Virus record (IMG/VR): IMGVR_UViG_2895374923_000003
Span: 18,026-82,025 of that record
Strand: one strand, 5' to 3'
Length of the DNA: 64,000 bases
Source: a virus
Taxonomy: Duplodnaviria; Caudoviricetes
The notes under the pieces were generated by a model. That model searched no databases. It was given only the letters and a program-made list of their open reading frames with translations, and was not told where the DNA came from. Both the position numbers and the translations under genes were made by a program. The stretch's first letter is position 1. Each line of letters begins with the position of its first letter. Below, piece after piece: positions 1 to 8,670 of the stretch.

Positions 1-18
1 CGTAGGCGCGGGCAACAA

Positions 19-735
19 GTGGCGCTCGGCCGTCATGGCGCAGGTGGTGCTGTGAGAGAGAACGCCGTGACCGCCTGGGGCATCGTGGTCTCCACCGCCG
101 ACCCGCTCAAGAAGGGCCGCATCACCGCTAAGGTCCCCGACCTGCTCGGCGACAAGATCTCCAACTGGGCGCCGCCCGCGACCATCGTGGACAAGGTCTT
201 GAAGCCCGGCGACAAGGTGTGGGTCCACTTCGACGCGGGCGACCTGCGCAACCCGCTCTACACCGTCCCCTACGACCCGGCCCACGGCCGCATCCGCACC
301 AGCGGTTCGGCCCTGTCGCTCGACGGGCCCGCCGCGGCCGGGATCACCCTGAACTCCGACGTACACGCCATGAAGTCCAGCGGCGGCTACGTCATCGTCT
401 ACGCCAAGGACTTCATCAAAAGCTCGGCGCGTGAACTCAAGACCCAGATCGCGCCCCTGAATTTCGACCCTGTCCAGGCGGTGAAAAACGCCCCCGCCCA
501 CCTCTACCGCTACCGAGCAGACGGCCCAGGCCGCGCGGACCAACTCGGCCCCATGCGCGAAGAACTGCCCGCCATCGCGCGGGTCGGCGACGCGGCGGTC
601 TCCCAATCCGCGCTGGTCGGACTCTTGTGGGAGGCGGTCCGCCAGCTCGCCCACCGCGTGGACGCATTGGAAGAAAAACTCGCGAATACAAATGAGAAGG
701 CCGATCTGAATACACTTGAAAAGGATTCGGATTAG
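19..735 (+). CDS. Baseplate assembly protein V / spike (OB-fold) with C-terminal peptidase S74-like chaperone domain
   Basis: GIVVSTADPLKKGRITAKVPDLLG..WAPP is the gpV OB-fold signature; KELKTQIAPL..YRYR..LGPMREEL..LLWEAVRQL is S74-like. True start may be GTG at 53. Confidence 0.75.
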   Translation: MALGRHGAGGAVRENAVTAWGIVVSTADPLKKGRITAKVPDLLGDKISNWAPPATIVDKVLKPGDKVWVHFDAGDLRNPLYTVPYDPAHGRIRTSGSALSLDGPAAAGITLNSDVHAMKSSGGYVIVYAKDFIKSSARELKTQIAPLNFDPVQAVKNAPAHLYRYRADGPGRADQLGPMREELPAIARVGDAAVSQSALVGLLWEAVRQLAHRVDALEEKLANTNEKADLNTLEKDSD

Positions 736-764
736 ACGGCAATAATGTTCGGGAGGTGGCTTTA

Positions 765-1190
765 ATGGCGCTTACGCTGCCCTCCGCGATAGACCTGCCG
801 TTCCGGATCGAAAACGGCGCCATCGCCTCCAACCGCGACGTCGACCGGCAGATCCGCCAGCGGCTCATCGGCATCATCGGCACCAACCCCGGCGAGCGGG
901 TCATGCAGCCCACCCTCGGCGTCGGAGTCGCTCGCATGCTGTTCGAGACCGACATCAAGGTGGTCACCGCGCTGCTGACCACCGACATCAAGCGCCAGGC
1001 CGCCGCCTACGAACCGGGCGCCGTCATCACCCGCGTCATCGTCACCGACCACGAGGAACCCGGCAAGGGCATGCTGGATGTCGCCTACCGCCGTACCGAC
1101 GCCTCCGACTCCGACCCGGCCGCCGCCCGCCACATCCACACCGCGACCATCGGCCGCGACGGCACCGTCAAGGAGCACCTGCGTGGCTGA
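765..1190 (+). CDS. gp25/GPW-like baseplate wedge protein
   Basis: IDLPFRI..IRQRLIGIIGTNPGERVMQPTLG..AYEP motif; RBS GGAGG before ATG 765. Confidence 0.9.
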   Translation: MALTLPSAIDLPFRIENGAIASNRDVDRQIRQRLIGIIGTNPGERVMQPTLGVGVARMLFETDIKVVTALLTTDIKRQAAAYEPGAVITRVIVTDHEEPGKGMLDVAYRRTDASDSDPAAARHIHTATIGRDGTVKEHLRG

Positions 1191-2664
1191 GCAGAACGTC
1201 TCCCTCGACTACACCGCCCGCGACTTCGACGCCATCGTCGCCGAGCTGCTGCGCCAGGCCGAGCAGGTCATGCCCGAGTGGACCTCGCGCGGCGAAGGCG
1301 ACCCCGGCATGATGCTCGTGCGCCTGAAGGCGTACGCGGCCGAGCTGAACAACTACTACATCGACCGGGCGGTGGGGGAGTCGGTCCTGGCCACCGCCAC
1401 CACCCGGGCCGCCGTCTTGGCCCTGGCCGAGCAGGTCGGCTACATCACCCACGGCACCATCCCAGCTACCGGCAGCATCACCTTCGCCACCGATCCGGGC
1501 GGGCCCGCCGTGACCGTGCCCAAGGGCACCCAACTGCTGTCGGACTACGTGGCCGCGGTCGACCAGCCGGTCACCTTCGAGACCGACGCCGACCTCCTGG
1601 TGCCCGCAGCCGGCGGCACGGCCGTGGCCGCCATCACCCAGGGCGTCACCATCGCCCCCTTCGAGGCCGGATCCGGCACCGGCAGCTCCGGCCAATCCCT
1701 GGTCCTCGCCACCCCCGGCGTCATCGAAGGCTCGGTCCGGATCTGGGTGGAGGCCCCGCACGCCAACATCGAATGGATCCGCAAGTCCCGGCTGATCCAG
1801 GCCGCACCCACCGAGCGCGTCTTCACCACGCGCCTGCGCGCCGACGGCGCCACCATCGTCATGTTCGGCAACGGCGCCAACGGCGCCATCCCCGAGCTCG
1901 GCGCGACCATCTACGCCTCCTACCGGGTCGGGGTTGGCAAGGCCGGAAACCTGCCCGCCAGCAAGATCCTCCACCTGGCCACCTCCGGCCTGATCGGCGT
2001 CCAGATCGCCACCGACGCCTCCGGCAAGCCGATCAGCACCGCCACCACCGGCGGAGCCGACCCCGAAGGCAACGACGAGATCCGCCGCAACGCCCCCCAG
2101 GCGTTCGCCGCCCAATACCGGTGCGTCACCAAGGACGACTTCTCCCGCGCCGCGCTCGAGGTGCCTGGCGTTTCGGCCGCCAACACGGTCGCCGCCCGGC
2201 CCCAGTCGGTGACCGTGTTCGTCACCGGACCCGACCGCACCACCCCCAACGCCCAGCTCCTGGACACCGCCACCGCGCACCTGAACGCCCGCGCCCTGGC
2301 CGGAACCGTCGTCTCCGTCCAAGGCCCAACCTTCGTGCCGGTCAACTTCGGCACCGACGCCCTGCCCGTCAAGGTGTGGGTCGCCCCCGGCTGGCGCGAC
2401 ATCCACGTCAAGGCAGCCGTCCAGGCCGCGCTCGCGGGCCTGTTCAAGGACGACGCCGTCACCTTCGGCGTCCGGGTAACCCTGTCCCAGGTCTACTCCG
2501 CGGTCGCCACCCTGTCCGGCGTGCTCAACGTCAACATCCCGGTCATGGCCCGCGCCGACACCGCCCAGTCCGGGGCCGACGACGCCGTCATGGCCCTGTT
2601 CGAGATGCCCGTCCTGGGCACCGTCAAAATCGTCACCTCCGGTGGCGTCATCGCCCCCGTCTAG
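1183..2664 (+). CDS. Baseplate J-like protein
   Basis: LDYTARDFDAI..PEWT..DPGMML..; GGADPE..IRRNAP..RCVTKDDF; GTG at 1183 overlaps upstream stop. Confidence 0.9.
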   Translation: MAEQNVSLDYTARDFDAIVAELLRQAEQVMPEWTSRGEGDPGMMLVRLKAYAAELNNYYIDRAVGESVLATATTRAAVLALAEQVGYITHGTIPATGSITFATDPGGPAVTVPKGTQLLSDYVAAVDQPVTFETDADLLVPAAGGTAVAAITQGVTIAPFEAGSGTGSSGQSLVLATPGVIEGSVRIWVEAPHANIEWIRKSRLIQAAPTERVFTTRLRADGATIVMFGNGANGAIPELGATIYASYRVGVGKAGNLPASKILHLATSGLIGVQIATDASGKPISTATTGGADPEGNDEIRRNAPQAFAAQYRCVTKDDFSRAALEVPGVSAANTVAARPQSVTVFVTGPDRTTPNAQLLDTATAHLNARALAGTVVSVQGPTFVPVNFGTDALPVKVWVAPGWRDIHVKAAVQAALAGLFKDDAVTFGVRVTLSQVYSAVATLSGVLNVNIPVMARADTAQSGADDAVMALFEMPVLGTVKIVTSGGVIAPV

Positions 2665-2671
2665 GAACGGC

Positions 2672-3358
2672 ATGGCAGCTACCTACCCGGGCGGGATCCG
2701 CACCTGGACCACCAAACTGGGCTGGCGCAACATCGTGTGGGCCAGCCACGTCAACGAGCTCCAGGACGAGGAAGACGCCACCCAGCGCATCCTCGGGCTC
2801 AACCCGCACCAGGCCCGCAACAACCCCGGCGGGCTCAGCCGCGACTACGGCACCCTGGCCCGCCGCCTGACCGCCCACGCACGAGGCGAAGACCTGCCCT
2901 TCTACCGCGGCATGGCCAAGTCGATGAAGACCACCCCCAACACCTGGAACACCGTCGCCTTCGAGCACCGCTCCGACCCCTTCGAGCTGGCCGACAGCGG
3001 ACCGGCAATCAAGCTCAACACCCACGGGCTGTGGGTGCTGGCCGCCCGCGCCGAATGGCGGGCCACCGGCTACAGCCTGCAAAAACGAGCCAAGCGGCGC
3101 CTGCGCATCCTGCTGGATGACAAGGACGTCGGCCTGTCGGACTTCACCGCCGAGGACGCCCGCAACAGCTTCGCCCTGCACAACCAAGTCACCTGGCAGG
3201 AAGTCCTGCCCCGAGGAACCCGTGTCTCGGTCCAGGTCCGCACCAACCTGGACGCCCCGCCCCACGATCTGCTGGCCAACATCGTGCTGCGCGCCTACCT
3301 GGTGCGCTGCGTCGACCGCGTGATCAACGACGGCGCACTGCTGCGCCCGGCGGCCTGA
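2672..3358 (+). CDS. Tail-associated protein, paralogue 1 (YP..W.TK..HVN.LQDE anchor plus beta-sandwich)
   Basis: Follows baseplate J; N-terminus shared with 3379 and 4797 ORFs; RBS AGGA before ATG 2672. Confidence 0.6.
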   Translation: MAATYPGGIRTWTTKLGWRNIVWASHVNELQDEEDATQRILGLNPHQARNNPGGLSRDYGTLARRLTAHARGEDLPFYRGMAKSMKTTPNTWNTVAFEHRSDPFELADSGPAIKLNTHGLWVLAARAEWRATGYSLQKRAKRRLRILLDDKDVGLSDFTAEDARNSFALHNQVTWQEVLPRGTRVSVQVRTNLDAPPHDLLANIVLRAYLVRCVDRVINDGALLRPAA

Positions 3359-3378
3359 CGCGGCAAGGAGCACCTGAA

Positions 3379-3741
3379 TTGGCCGCGAGCTACCCCTCCG
3401 CCTTCCGCGCCTGGTCGACCAAGTTCGACTACACCACGATCGTGTTCGCCGAACACGTCAACACCCTCCAAGACGAGCTGCTGGCCGTCCAGCGCACCCT
3501 GGGCACCACGCCCCAGATCGCCGCCAGCGACCCCGGCAGCACCCCCTACGAACTGCTGCCCATCGTCGAATGGATCGGCCGCGCCCCCGAGACCGACATC
3601 CCGCGCATCATCGACGTCCTCACCGACCGCGCGCCCGTCCGCCACAACTACGACCCGGCCAAAATCCGCGACTGCCTGCTCGACATCTGGCCTGACTGGG
3701 GCACCCGCTACCCGTCCCTGCCCTGGGGCGGTACGGCATGA
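3379..3741 (+). CDS. Tail-associated protein, anchor-only paralogue
   Basis: MAASYPSAFRAWSTK..HVNTLQDEL matches paralogues; TTG start with AAGGAG RBS. Confidence 0.6.
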   Translation: MAASYPSAFRAWSTKFDYTTIVFAEHVNTLQDELLAVQRTLGTTPQIAASDPGSTPYELLPIVEWIGRAPETDIPRIIDVLTDRAPVRHNYDPAKIRDCLLDIWPDWGTRYPSLPWGGTA

Positions 3742-4793
3742 GCGACCTCCTCCTCACCCCCCTGCCGTACGGGCAAGACGATCTGTTGGCCGTCGACCCC
3801 CACCGCATCGCCTCCTGGATCGGCAACAGCGACACCACCGCCCTGACCCTCCTGGGCCGCTACCTGCGCGACAAGCCCAACTGCACGCGCACCGAGATCA
3901 ACGAAGCCGTCCGCCAGGCCGACCGGTGGACCTCGATCCCGCCCATCAAGACCGTGCCGCACCGGCCCAGCACCAAGCCGCCGTACGTCGCGCCGCGCGA
4001 CCACGCCACCATCGAGCGGCGCATGACCTTCCAAGCCCGCGGCGGCCACCTGCCCTACGCTCGTGCGGGCATCTACGACATGCAGGTCCCGGCCAACAAG
4101 TGGGCCCGCACCACCCTGCGCGCCTTCGACGACCCCTTCAAACTCGCCTCCGGCGACGGGCTGGTCATCAACCAGGACGGCTTGTGGACCCTCACCGTCA
4201 AGGTCGACTGGTCCCTCGGGCACGCCGAGGTCGTCTCCAGCGCCGCCCAGGCCACCCGCGTCATGGTCAACGGCTCCGACGTCGGCCTGCGCGACTACCT
4301 CGACGACGACGCCTACAGCATCAAGGCTCCCATCAACACCCTGACCTGGACCGACACCTTCCGCGCCGGCACCACCCTGAACGTCGACATCCGCAGCGAA
4401 GGACTCGGCACCGGCTACACCGCCGTGGCCAACGTCTACGTCCGGCTCCACCTGGTCCGCGTGGCCGAAGACGGCTTCGACATGGAAGGCTTCCCGCTGC
4501 CGCCCGACCCCGAGCCGATCCCCGAAACGCCGCTGGGCGGCTACTGCGGGCCGAACGACCACCAGCCGACCTACCCGCGCCAGCCCAACACCTGCAACGA
4601 CCGGGACTACGCCTTCACCTTCACCATCTCCGACGGCGGCCAGGTGGGCTCCTACCGGTGCGTCAACGGCCAGCTCACCACCGTCTGGTCCGCCTACGGC
4701 TGGGACGGCGGCCAATACTACGGCGGCGGTGTCGTGGGCGGAGACGGCTCCTCCTACGGGCCGGGACGCCCTTCCTACTCGGGCGGGTGGTGA
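3738..4793 (+). CDS. Tail-associated protein carrying the paralogue C-terminal beta-sandwich
   Basis: ARGGHLPY, DPFKL, GLW and YVRLHLVR match the 2672 and 4797 proteins; ATGA overlap with 3379 ORF. Confidence 0.6.
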   Translation: MSDLLLTPLPYGQDDLLAVDPHRIASWIGNSDTTALTLLGRYLRDKPNCTRTEINEAVRQADRWTSIPPIKTVPHRPSTKPPYVAPRDHATIERRMTFQARGGHLPYARAGIYDMQVPANKWARTTLRAFDDPFKLASGDGLVINQDGLWTLTVKVDWSLGHAEVVSSAAQATRVMVNGSDVGLRDYLDDDAYSIKAPINTLTWTDTFRAGTTLNVDIRSEGLGTGYTAVANVYVRLHLVRVAEDGFDMEGFPLPPDPEPIPETPLGGYCGPNDHQPTYPRQPNTCNDRDYAFTFTISDGGQVGSYRCVNGQLTTVWSAYGWDGGQYYGGGVVGGDGSSYGPGRPSYSGGW

Positions 4794-4796
4794 GCC

Positions 4797-6191
4797 GTGG
4801 CCCGCTACCCCGAGGCGTTCCGCTCCTTCACCACCAAGCGCGACCTGTCGCAGACCATCTTCGAGTCGCACGTCAACGACATCCAAGACGAGCTGCGCGC
4901 CACCCAGACCGTCATCGGCGTCAACCCCCACATCGCCAACCTCAACCCCGGCGCCCGGCCCGACAACTACGGCACCGTCGCCGCCCGCGCCACCGCCTAC
5001 GCCCGCGGCGAGCACCTGCCCTACTTCCAGGGCTCAACCAAGAACTTCCAGCTCCGCGGCGGCAACCTCGTCAAGCCCAAGGACCCGATCCGCAAGCCGA
5101 TGGACAACGACCGGTGGATCCACGAGACACTCGCCGGCCGCGGCGTGCTGGTGCGCGGCGACAACGCCCGCCAGGTGCACGCCTCCTACTACGACGCCCA
5201 GACCGGCGACAAACTGCTCGTCCCGCTGCACCCCACGGGCGGCTGGGTCAAAGCCCCCGTCTACGGGCCCGACAACCAGCGCATCAAGATCCGCACCCCC
5301 AACTCGCCCGACTGGGCCAACCCGCCCGGCGGCCACACCACCGTCTCCGAGGCCACCTTCGACAGCTACGCCAACGGCAGCCAGTGGTGGACGATCGTGA
5401 TGGACACCTACTACCACGGCGACACCTACCTGGGCCGCTCCGGCACCTTCGCCGGGCGCATCCTTCTCGAACCCGGCGTCCCCGAGGTCGAACCGGGCCT
5501 GCCCATCGAAGACGACCCGGGCACCATCGGCGACGGCGGATGGCAGCGCCTGCCCATCAAGGGCGACGACGACACCTTCGGCATCGGCTGGCACGACGGG
5601 GCCGTGCTGAACGAGACCGGCCTGTGGATGATGTCGCTGATGGTCGTCCACCAGCCCACCACGGAAACCACGACCGTCCGCGCCCGGCGCCGCGCCCGAC
5701 TGGAGATCAACGGCCGCGACCACACCCTCCAGCACATGGTGCGCGAGAGCGCCGACAACGGCGACGCCCTGGTCAACGTCATCCACTGGACCGAGGTGCT
5801 GTCCAAGGGCACCCAGATCAGCGCCTCGGCCCGGATCGACGGCACCGACCTGAAGGGCACCTACCCGGCCACCGCCTACCTGCGCCTGCACCTGGTACGC
5901 GTCACCGAGGGCGACGACGACGGCTTCCTGGACGACCACCCCAGCACGATCTACACCCCGCCACCCCCACCGCCCCCACCACCGCCGCCCCCGCCAACCG
6001 CGCCGCCCAACCCAACCGTGCCTGGCGACCACTACTACAACCCGTACCCGACCGGCCCGGTCTACGAGAACGACCTGTGCTGGATGTACCCCGAGCGCTT
6101 CCCGAACTGCCCCACCCACGGCAACCGGCCCACCCCGCCCAAGCACACCGGCCCCACGCCGAAACCCGGCGGCAAGAAGAAAAAGAAGTAG
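4797..6191 (+). CDS. Tail-associated protein, paralogue with insertion, polyproline linker and Lys-rich C-terminus
   Basis: MARYPEAFRSFTTK..HVNDIQDEL; ARGEHLPY; YLRLHLVR; long poly-Pro run; ends KKKKK. Confidence 0.6.
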   Translation: MARYPEAFRSFTTKRDLSQTIFESHVNDIQDELRATQTVIGVNPHIANLNPGARPDNYGTVAARATAYARGEHLPYFQGSTKNFQLRGGNLVKPKDPIRKPMDNDRWIHETLAGRGVLVRGDNARQVHASYYDAQTGDKLLVPLHPTGGWVKAPVYGPDNQRIKIRTPNSPDWANPPGGHTTVSEATFDSYANGSQWWTIVMDTYYHGDTYLGRSGTFAGRILLEPGVPEVEPGLPIEDDPGTIGDGGWQRLPIKGDDDTFGIGWHDGAVLNETGLWMMSLMVVHQPTTETTTVRARRRARLEINGRDHTLQHMVRESADNGDALVNVIHWTEVLSKGTQISASARIDGTDLKGTYPATAYLRLHLVRVTEGDDDGFLDDHPSTIYTPPPPPPPPPPPPPTAPPNPTVPGDHYYNPYPTGPVYENDLCWMYPERFPNCPTHGNRPTPPKHTGPTPKPGGKKKKK

Positions 6192-6215
6192 CACCCCGAC
6201 CAGGAAGACCCCCGC

Positions 6216-8669
6216 ATGGCTGTCTATCGCGTTGATCAATACGCGCGAACCTTCTACGGCCCCAACCCCGAAGTCCCGTACTTCCCCGAGCGCAGCTTCA
6301 CCTCCTACTCGGTCGGATACGAAGGGGTCTTCCTGGCGTGGGACCAGCCCTCCGGCGCCTATGCCGGGTTCCGGCTGGTGGCCAGCCTCGACGGCTACCC
6401 CACCACCGAGACCGGCGGCACGGTACTCATCGACAGTCCCGCCGCGCCCGCCTCCCACCTGGACAAGGACGCCCCCAACGGCCGGTTCTGCTACTACGCC
6501 ATCTTCCTTAAGATCAACAACGTGTGGGTACGCTCGGCCCTCACCTCCACCCTGCACATCGCCGACTACGGCTCGGTCCAGTGGATGTGGGAGCGCATCC
6601 CGCACCACTACCGGCTGCTGCGTGGCAACCACCTGACCGTGGACGCCGACTCCAACCAGACGCTCCTGCACTTCATCAAGATCCTCGGCTACGGCCTGGA
6701 CCGGGTCCGGACCTCGATGGAAGCAGCCCTGGAGTCCAGCGAACTGCGCACCACGCACATCACCACCGCCGCAGCCATCGCCGCCTCCATCGGCGCCTAC
6801 GTCCCCGAGGGGCTGGCGCCCGACCAGATGCGGGCCCTGACCATCGACGCCGCCTACCTCGCCTCAGAACGCGGCCACCCCGCCGCGATGCGGTCCCTGG
6901 CGCAAGCCGTGTCCGGCTGGGACGTCGAACTGCGCAAGAGCGGCAACCTGATGCCCAGCTACGACCAGGCCGAGCAGATCACTCCGCGCTACCCGGCCTG
7001 GGACGCCTCCATCCGCTACAAGGTCGGCGACCTGGTCTCCACCGACTTCCACCTCTACCGATGCCTGGTGGCCGCCTACGGCATCGACCAGGCCCCGCCC
7101 GGCAACGGCAGCAACAACACCTGGTGGGCCGTGCACACCGCGATCCTGCCCAACGACGCCACCAACCCCGCCTGGGAAGCCGCACGGGCGACGATGCACG
7201 GCTGGTCAGCCGTCAGCTTCACCGGCCAGAGCCAGGACGCCACCAGCAAGGCCCTGCCCAAGCTCGTCATCGGCGTCCCCCACCCGGTCACCGACGACCG
7301 CGACGCCAACACCCTCACGGTCACCAACACCAGCGCCAGCGCGGCCGACATCGCCCTGCACTCCCTGCCTCCCAACCCGGCCGCCACCTACGACCCGCTC
7401 CTGCCCATCACCCACGGCATCGCGCTGCCCCGCGTCCCGCGCTGGGAGGCAGCCCGCGCCTACCGCGCCGACGACCTGGTCACCCACCGCGGCCAGGTGT
7501 ATCGCGCGCTGCGGCGCTCCACCGGCAAGCAGCCCCAGGAGTCGCCCAGCGACTGGTCACTCAACAGCACCGACTCCCGCCTGAAGCTGACCGTCTCCGG
7601 CTACATCCACACACCCCACCTGGCCTCCCAGGCGGCAGCGCCGTGCTTCCCATACATCACCTGGTTCGACGAGCAGGGCAAGCAGATCGCCCGCGTCGAA
7701 GCCAAGAACAGCCCCGACACGCGCGTGCTGGACACCTTCACCGCCACCAGCGGAACCAACGCCATCTACCTGGCCAGCAACCAGGTAGCGGTCACCGCCG
7801 GAACCTCCTACGCCGTCCAGGGCCGCTTCTTCCAGACCGCGCCCTTCCCCTTCGACGTCGGCGTGGAGTGGTACAACGCCTCCGGCACCTTCCTCAACTC
7901 CACCATGAGCTCGGTCACCGTGACCGCCTCCACCTGGCGCAGCTACACCGCGCCGCTCACCGCGCCGGCCACAGCCGCCAAGGCGGTGCTCACCCTCTAC
8001 ATGAACGTCGGCGCGCACCTGGCCCCGCCCACCACCTACGTCGATGAGTTCTACCTGGCCACCGCAGCCGCCCCGAGCACACCTTTGACGGCCGACTCGA
8101 CCTTCGAGAACGGCTTTGCCACCTGGTATCTGGAGAACGCCTTCGCCGACATCACCACCGAGCGCGCCTACGCCGGGAGCCGATCACTGAAGCTCAGCGC
8201 TCTGGGCGCGGGCAACTACAGCCTCGGCGGCCGGGTCACCGAATACGGCAACAAGACCTGGACCGCCCGATCCAACGGCTTCATCCGCGACAGCTACGCC
8301 AACGGCGTCGCACGCCCCCGCGCCGACGTGCGCTGCCTGTCGACCATCGACTACGGAAGCAAGGACGCCACGATCGCCGCCACCTTCGCCACCGCGCCCA
8401 CCAAGGCATCCACCCGGCAGGCCCTGGTGCTGCGCTACCTGGACCAGAACAACTACCTGCGTGCCACCCGGACCCAGCTCGAGCGAGTCCAAGCAGGCGT
8501 GGTCACCGTCCTGGGCACCTACACCCGGCCAGTCACCGACGGCGACCGCCTGTCGGTGACGGTCTCGGGCGACAACTACAGCGCGAAGATCAACGGAACC
8601 GCCGTCCTCGCCGCGACCAGCGCCTTCAACAACACCTCGACGATCTTCGGCCTGACCGTGGAGCCCTGA
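6216..8669 (+). CDS. Baseplate/tail protein (gpI-like region plus CBM5/12-like and CBM4/9-like modules)
   Basis: AWDASIRYKVGDLV and RWEAARAYRADDLVTHRGQVY are chitin-binding-type repeats; DSTFENG..W..AYAGSRSL is CBM-like; tail-cluster position. Confidence 0.65.
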   Translation: MAVYRVDQYARTFYGPNPEVPYFPERSFTSYSVGYEGVFLAWDQPSGAYAGFRLVASLDGYPTTETGGTVLIDSPAAPASHLDKDAPNGRFCYYAIFLKINNVWVRSALTSTLHIADYGSVQWMWERIPHHYRLLRGNHLTVDADSNQTLLHFIKILGYGLDRVRTSMEAALESSELRTTHITTAAAIAASIGAYVPEGLAPDQMRALTIDAAYLASERGHPAAMRSLAQAVSGWDVELRKSGNLMPSYDQAEQITPRYPAWDASIRYKVGDLVSTDFHLYRCLVAAYGIDQAPPGNGSNNTWWAVHTAILPNDATNPAWEAARATMHGWSAVSFTGQSQDATSKALPKLVIGVPHPVTDDRDANTLTVTNTSASAADIALHSLPPNPAATYDPLLPITHGIALPRVPRWEAARAYRADDLVTHRGQVYRALRRSTGKQPQESPSDWSLNSTDSRLKLTVSGYIHTPHLASQAAAPCFPYITWFDEQGKQIARVEAKNSPDTRVLDTFTATSGTNAIYLASNQVAVTAGTSYAVQGRFFQTAPFPFDVGVEWYNASGTFLNSTMSSVTVTASTWRSYTAPLTAPATAAKAVLTLYMNVGAHLAPPTTYVDEFYLATAAAPSTPLTADSTFENGFATWYLENAFADITTERAYAGSRSLKLSALGAGNYSLGGRVTEYGNKTWTARSNGFIRDSYANGVARPRADVRCLSTIDYGSKDATIAATFATAPTKASTRQALVLRYLDQNNYLRATRTQLERVQAGVVTVLGTYTRPVTDGDRLSVTVSGDNYSAKINGTAVLAATSAFNNTSTIFGLTVEP

Positions 8670-8670
8670 C

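Noticed and set aside
5957-6010. CCA/CCG-rich tract as a non-coding VNTR
   Set aside because: It is in-frame coding for a polyproline linker.
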